DNA of 64,000 nucleotides from positions 1,568,001-1,632,000 of the forward strand of contig CBDAOI010000004.1 of the NCBI GenBank assembly GCA_965198005.1, given 5' to 3'. The notes beneath the pieces were generated by a model. The model did not search any database. It was not told the DNA's origin and saw only the letters and a list, made by a program, of their open reading frames with translations. Source of the DNA: Spirochaetia bacterium (lineage in GTDB: Bacteria > Spirochaetota > Spirochaetia > SZUA-6 > Bin103). Both the position numbers and the translations under genes were made by a program. Below are positions 60,639 to 64,000 of this stretch, piece after piece (position 1 is the first letter of the stretch; each line of letters opens with the position of its first letter).

Positions 60639-61571
60639 GTGAGCGACGCAGTCGAGGTACGATCCGCAGTAATCGCGTCAAAGAGACGTTCCCAGCTGGC
60701 CGAATTCTCTATAAGAATGGTGAAAGAGAAGCCGCTAGGTACTATCAGCGGGATTATCATATTGATATTGATTCTCGTCAGTATCTTTGCCGATGCTCTG
60801 GCACCCTATCCATACTGGGAAATGCACCTGGCAGACAGGCTGCAGGGCTCATCAGCCCAATATCTGCTGGGTACCGACCAGTTGGGGCGAGACTTCTTGA
60901 GCCGCATCATCGTAGGGGCTCGTCTTTCCATATTTGTCGGTCTGGCGGCGACCGCTCTCAATGTTGTGGTCGCTGTCCTGATAGGCGGCATTTCAGGATT
61001 CCTTGGTGGTAAATTGGACCTGGTTATGCAGAGATTTGTCGATGCCTGGATGGCTTTCCCGGGGCTGCTCATATTGTTGACCGTGATGTCCATAGCGGGG
61101 CGGGGTGTGTTGCAGATAATACTGGTCCTGGGGATAGCGGGAGGGATCGGCACCTCGAGAGTAGTCAGGGGCGCGGTTATCGGCATTAAAGAGAATGACT
61201 ATTTTCTGGCGGCCCCGGCAGTTGGCAGCGGCGGCACCGCGACACTGATGCGACACGTCCTGCCCAATATCATGCCTGTCTTGATCATCATATTCAGCAT
61301 CAGCGTCGGGGGGGTGATCATGAGTGAGGCCAGCTTGAGCTTCCTGGGATTCGGTCTGCCAGTCGAGGTTCCTAGCTGGGGAGGTCTGCTCAGCCGGGAA
61401 GGGCGCCAGTTCATGGAGGTGGCGCCGCGGCTGGCGATGTGGCCCGGTCTGTTCCTGACGGTGACGGTGTACTGCCTCAACATGTTCGGCGACGCGGTGC
61501 GGGATCTGCTCGACCCGCGGCTGCGGGGCGGTGGGGGTCACCTCGGGGCCGGCGGTGTCACGTCGGTTTAG
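60639..61571 (+). CDS. dppC: DppC-type ABC permease, operon 5
   Basis: LLGTDQLGRD, RHVLPN, EASLSFLG, DLLDPR. Confidence 0.95.
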   Translation: MSDAVEVRSAVIASKRRSQLAEFSIRMVKEKPLGTISGIIILILILVSIFADALAPYPYWEMHLADRLQGSSAQYLLGTDQLGRDFLSRIIVGARLSIFVGLAATALNVVVAVLIGGISGFLGGKLDLVMQRFVDAWMAFPGLLILLTVMSIAGRGVLQIILVLGIAGGIGTSRVVRGAVIGIKENDYFLAAPAVGSGGTATLMRHVLPNIMPVLIIIFSISVGGVIMSEASLSFLGFGLPVEVPSWGGLLSREGRQFMEVAPRLAMWPGLFLTVTVYCLNMFGDAVRDLLDPRLRGGGGHLGAGGVTSV

Positions 61572-61902
61572 CCACCAACCTTGACGCCGCTCTGCGCTCC
61601 GAGCCCGGAGGTGGCCTTCACCGGGCCGGCAAGCGTCGCCGCAAACGCCGCACTCAACGACTCGATGTCGTCGGCCACATCAATGCTGCGGAGTCTCTCT
61701 CGGCTTGTCGCTGCGCGGTTGCGGATGGTATCTTTTGCGTTACCAAACGTCGATGATCGAGATCCGGGAGTACATCGACGCTGAAGGCCGTAGCCGGTAC
61801 TGCGCTCCTGCGGGAAAGCGAGGTCGCACCTAACCGACAAAAGCGCGCTCGCCGGCAAGAGCCCGTCGGCGTTTCACCGTCTCCAACTGGCAGGCGCGAA
61901 CG

Positions 61903-62070
61903 ATGCCGATGACCGCCTTCGCTGCCGGACTGGACCGGCCACCTGCTACCGCCGGCCAGCCGCCTCCCGAAGGGCTGAGCTGGACGCCCTTTACCTACCC
62001 GTTCAACATCACCGGCCAGCCGGCGGCCACCGTACCGTGCGGCTTCGACGCCGCCGGCCTGCCCATCGGA
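61903..62070 (+). pseudogene. Amidase-signature family C-terminal fragment
   Basis: [27 protein letters not shown]. Confidence 0.8.
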
Positions 62071-62408
62071 CCCTCAAACTGCCTCAGACCTCGGCCACCG
62101 GTCAGTCGGCCGCGCCACTCGCGCGAAGCGCCGAAGACGCAGAAAAAAAGGGCCGAGCCGGATGACAGGAATTCCGACTCGGCACCACATATGGAGAAGA
62201 CGTATGAATATCTTCATCAAATAGAACAACCATCGGCGAGTTTTGTTACTCGGGGCGTGCATGCCGTTAGCCGAATCCTCCGAGCACAGGGTGGGCACAG
62301 GCGCTCTCACCTTGTCGTCTTCCGGATCTGCGCATCCGAGCTTGGCCTCGGTGATTGGGGCTTGGGAGGCTGGTGTGATGGCGGGCTGCTTGTGGTACCT
62401 TCCCCATC

Positions 62409-62789
62409 ATGCAGAGCACTGACAGCGCAGGCGTGACCAAGCAGGTCGACGCGGTTCCCCGCCAGCCGGTGGCAGCCGGCACCGCCACCGAGACGCACGT
62501 CCTGATCGGACCGGCAGATGGCGCTCCCAACTTCGCCCTGCGCCGCTTCGTCATGGGGCCGGGCGGAGGCATGCCGCGCCACACCAACGCGGTAGAGCAC
62601 GAGCAGTTCGTCCTCGCCGGGGCAGCGCGCGTCACCATCGGCGACACGGTGCACCAGGTGCAGGCCGGCACCGCCCTGTACATCCCCGCCGAAGTACCCC
62701 ACTCCTACGAGGTAACCGAGGCCCCGTTCGAGTTCCTGTGCATCGTCCCCAACCGCGAGGACTGTATCACCCTGACCGAACCACAGTGA
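62409..62789 (+). CDS. Cupin domain protein
   Basis: APNFALRRF...[15 protein letters not shown]...IPAEVPHSY. Confidence 0.9.
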   Translation: MQSTDSAGVTKQVDAVPRQPVAAGTATETHVLIGPADGAPNFALRRFVMGPGGGMPRHTNAVEHEQFVLAGAARVTIGDTVHQVQAGTALYIPAEVPHSYEVTEAPFEFLCIVPNREDCITLTEPQ

Positions 62790-62900
62790 CTGCCGACGAT
62801 CTCTGCTTCCGGTGGTCGGCACGGTCCCGGACTTGGTCACGCACCTCTCGGTCGCCGTCTCGGCGCAGGCTGGCTGGTCGTCGGTCTCCCTCGGAGGACG

Positions 62901-63839
62901 TCAAAGCGAGGTGAGCGCTTCCAGGGTTTGCTGAATGTCAGGCGGGAGCGGGCCGGCCTGTGCGGCCACGACGCTCTCCTCAAGCTCCTCGGGTGTGGAC
63001 GCGCCCACCAGGATGGTCGCAATCTCCCGATTCGTCATCAAGAAGCGCACACTCAGCGCCGCAATCGAAACACCGGTCGCCCGGGCCAACTCGAGCAGGC
63101 GCTCATCCTGGAACAGCGCGCCGTTGACGACGCCTCTGCCAGGAATGGAAAAAATGCCGCCGATCACGTAGGCAATTCCCTGTTCACGAATGACCGGGAG
63201 CATCACGCGTGGAGAACGACGGTCCATCAGCGAATACTCATTGGCGGACAGACACATGTCGAGCCTGACCCGCCGCAACACGTGAGCCAGTGGCTCCGAC
63301 CGGTTGGTGCTGAGACCCAGGTAGCGGCAGAACCCCTGCGCCTTTGCCTCACGCAGGGCTTGCATCACCGGCGCGTTCTCGTAGTCGAGCGGCTCATCGA
63401 TCTCCAGCCGCTCCGTGTCGCTCGCATCCGGCTTCCAGAATCTTCTCTGCTCCATGTCGTGGCCCAGGAGCACGTCGACCCGGTCACGACGCAGAATCCG
63501 GAGGTTGTCTCGTACCTCCGCAAGACAATCTTCTACCGTGTGATCATACGCCTGCCAGGCACCGATCTTGGTCGCCAGCAGATGCGGCTTGCTGGTCCCC
63601 TCGAGCCCCTCACCCGCGATTCGCTGCGACTCACCCTGGCTGATCCACCGACCATCAGGGCCCCCGATGCCGTACAAAGGAGAGGTATCGAAATAGCTGA
63701 TCCCCAGATCAAGCGCATGTTTGACCGTGTCCAGCCCGTGCTGGTAGCTGTGCTTGTGGAGAGCGGCGCCACCCAGCCCGATGACGCTGACCGTCTCGCC
63801 GGTACGCCCGAACGGGCGCTGTTCCAGTGTCCCTGTCAT
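62901..63839 (-). CDS. Aldo/keto reductase
   Basis: FGRTG..VSVIGLG, YFDTSPLYG, LATK, ILVGA. Confidence 0.9.
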   Translation of the reverse strand: MTGTLEQRPFGRTGETVSVIGLGGAALHKHSYQHGLDTVKHALDLGISYFDTSPLYGIGGPDGRWISQGESQRIAGEGLEGTSKPHLLATKIGAWQAYDHTVEDCLAEVRDNLRILRRDRVDVLLGHDMEQRRFWKPDASDTERLEIDEPLDYENAPVMQALREAKAQGFCRYLGLSTNRSEPLAHVLRRVRLDMCLSANEYSLMDRRSPRVMLPVIREQGIAYVIGGIFSIPGRGVVNGALFQDERLLELARATGVSIAALSVRFLMTNREIATILVGASTPEELEESVVAAQAGPLPPDIQQTLEALTSL

Positions 63840-64000
63840 GGCAAGTCCTTTAATGCGTTCAAGCTAGCTAGGTGCAGGCGCACTCAGGTGTCAACACCGC
63901 GACACCGCGCAACGTGATCCGTGGTACGGTAGCACGGTGGGATTCCGAACGCGACCGGTGATCATGGGCCGCCGCGGCGTGGTGACCGCGGGTCACTACC

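Noticed and set aside
9385-61571. Diversity-generating retroelement driving SBP variation
   Set aside because: No reverse transcriptase and no template/variable repeat pair with adenine-specific differences were seen.

Overview
GC-rich bacterial DNA, heavily rearranged and decaying. It is dominated by an expanded array of peptide/nickel-type (Dpp/Opp, family 5) ABC import operons, each made of a substrate-binding protein (SBP) plus DppB and DppC permeases, with no ATPase gene anywhere in the window. Five are full length (9.4-13.4 kb +, 16.8-21.7 kb -, 25.8-29.8 kb - with a frameshifted SBP, 36.4-40.8 kb -, 57.7-61.6 kb +) and at least four more survive as deleted relics. The SBP bodies are divergent and visibly lower in GC than the flanks. 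Each full-length operon sits behind a conserved, GC-rich non-coding platform: a tandem array of 1-5 units, each carrying a sigma70-like -35/-10 pair; a homopolymer C/G tract (10, 10, 12 or 28 nt; absent in one copy); a Shine-Dalgarno-led 11-codon uORF (MILKEPHARAA); and a hairpin-rich 5' leader. A second ~270-bp repeat brackets some operons in outward-facing inverted orientation. About ten toxin-antitoxin modules or relics fill the gaps. Other mobile DNA: IS1634 (IR and TSD found), an IS66 carrying DUF4338 (IR and 8-bp TSD) nested in a MITE-like element, a TGT...ACA element with DUF6431/DDE/ExeA genes, a group II intron 5' remnant, and Rpn and tyrosine recombinase fragments. Also present: a decayed di-myo-inositol-phosphate cluster, an internalin-like LRR lipoprotein, a DUF3524 glycosyltransferase, an extended SDR, a cupin and an aldo/keto reductase. 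The SBP N-termini look spirochaete-like (inference only). Family calls come from motif recognition, not database searches, and fragment and repeat boundaries are approximate.
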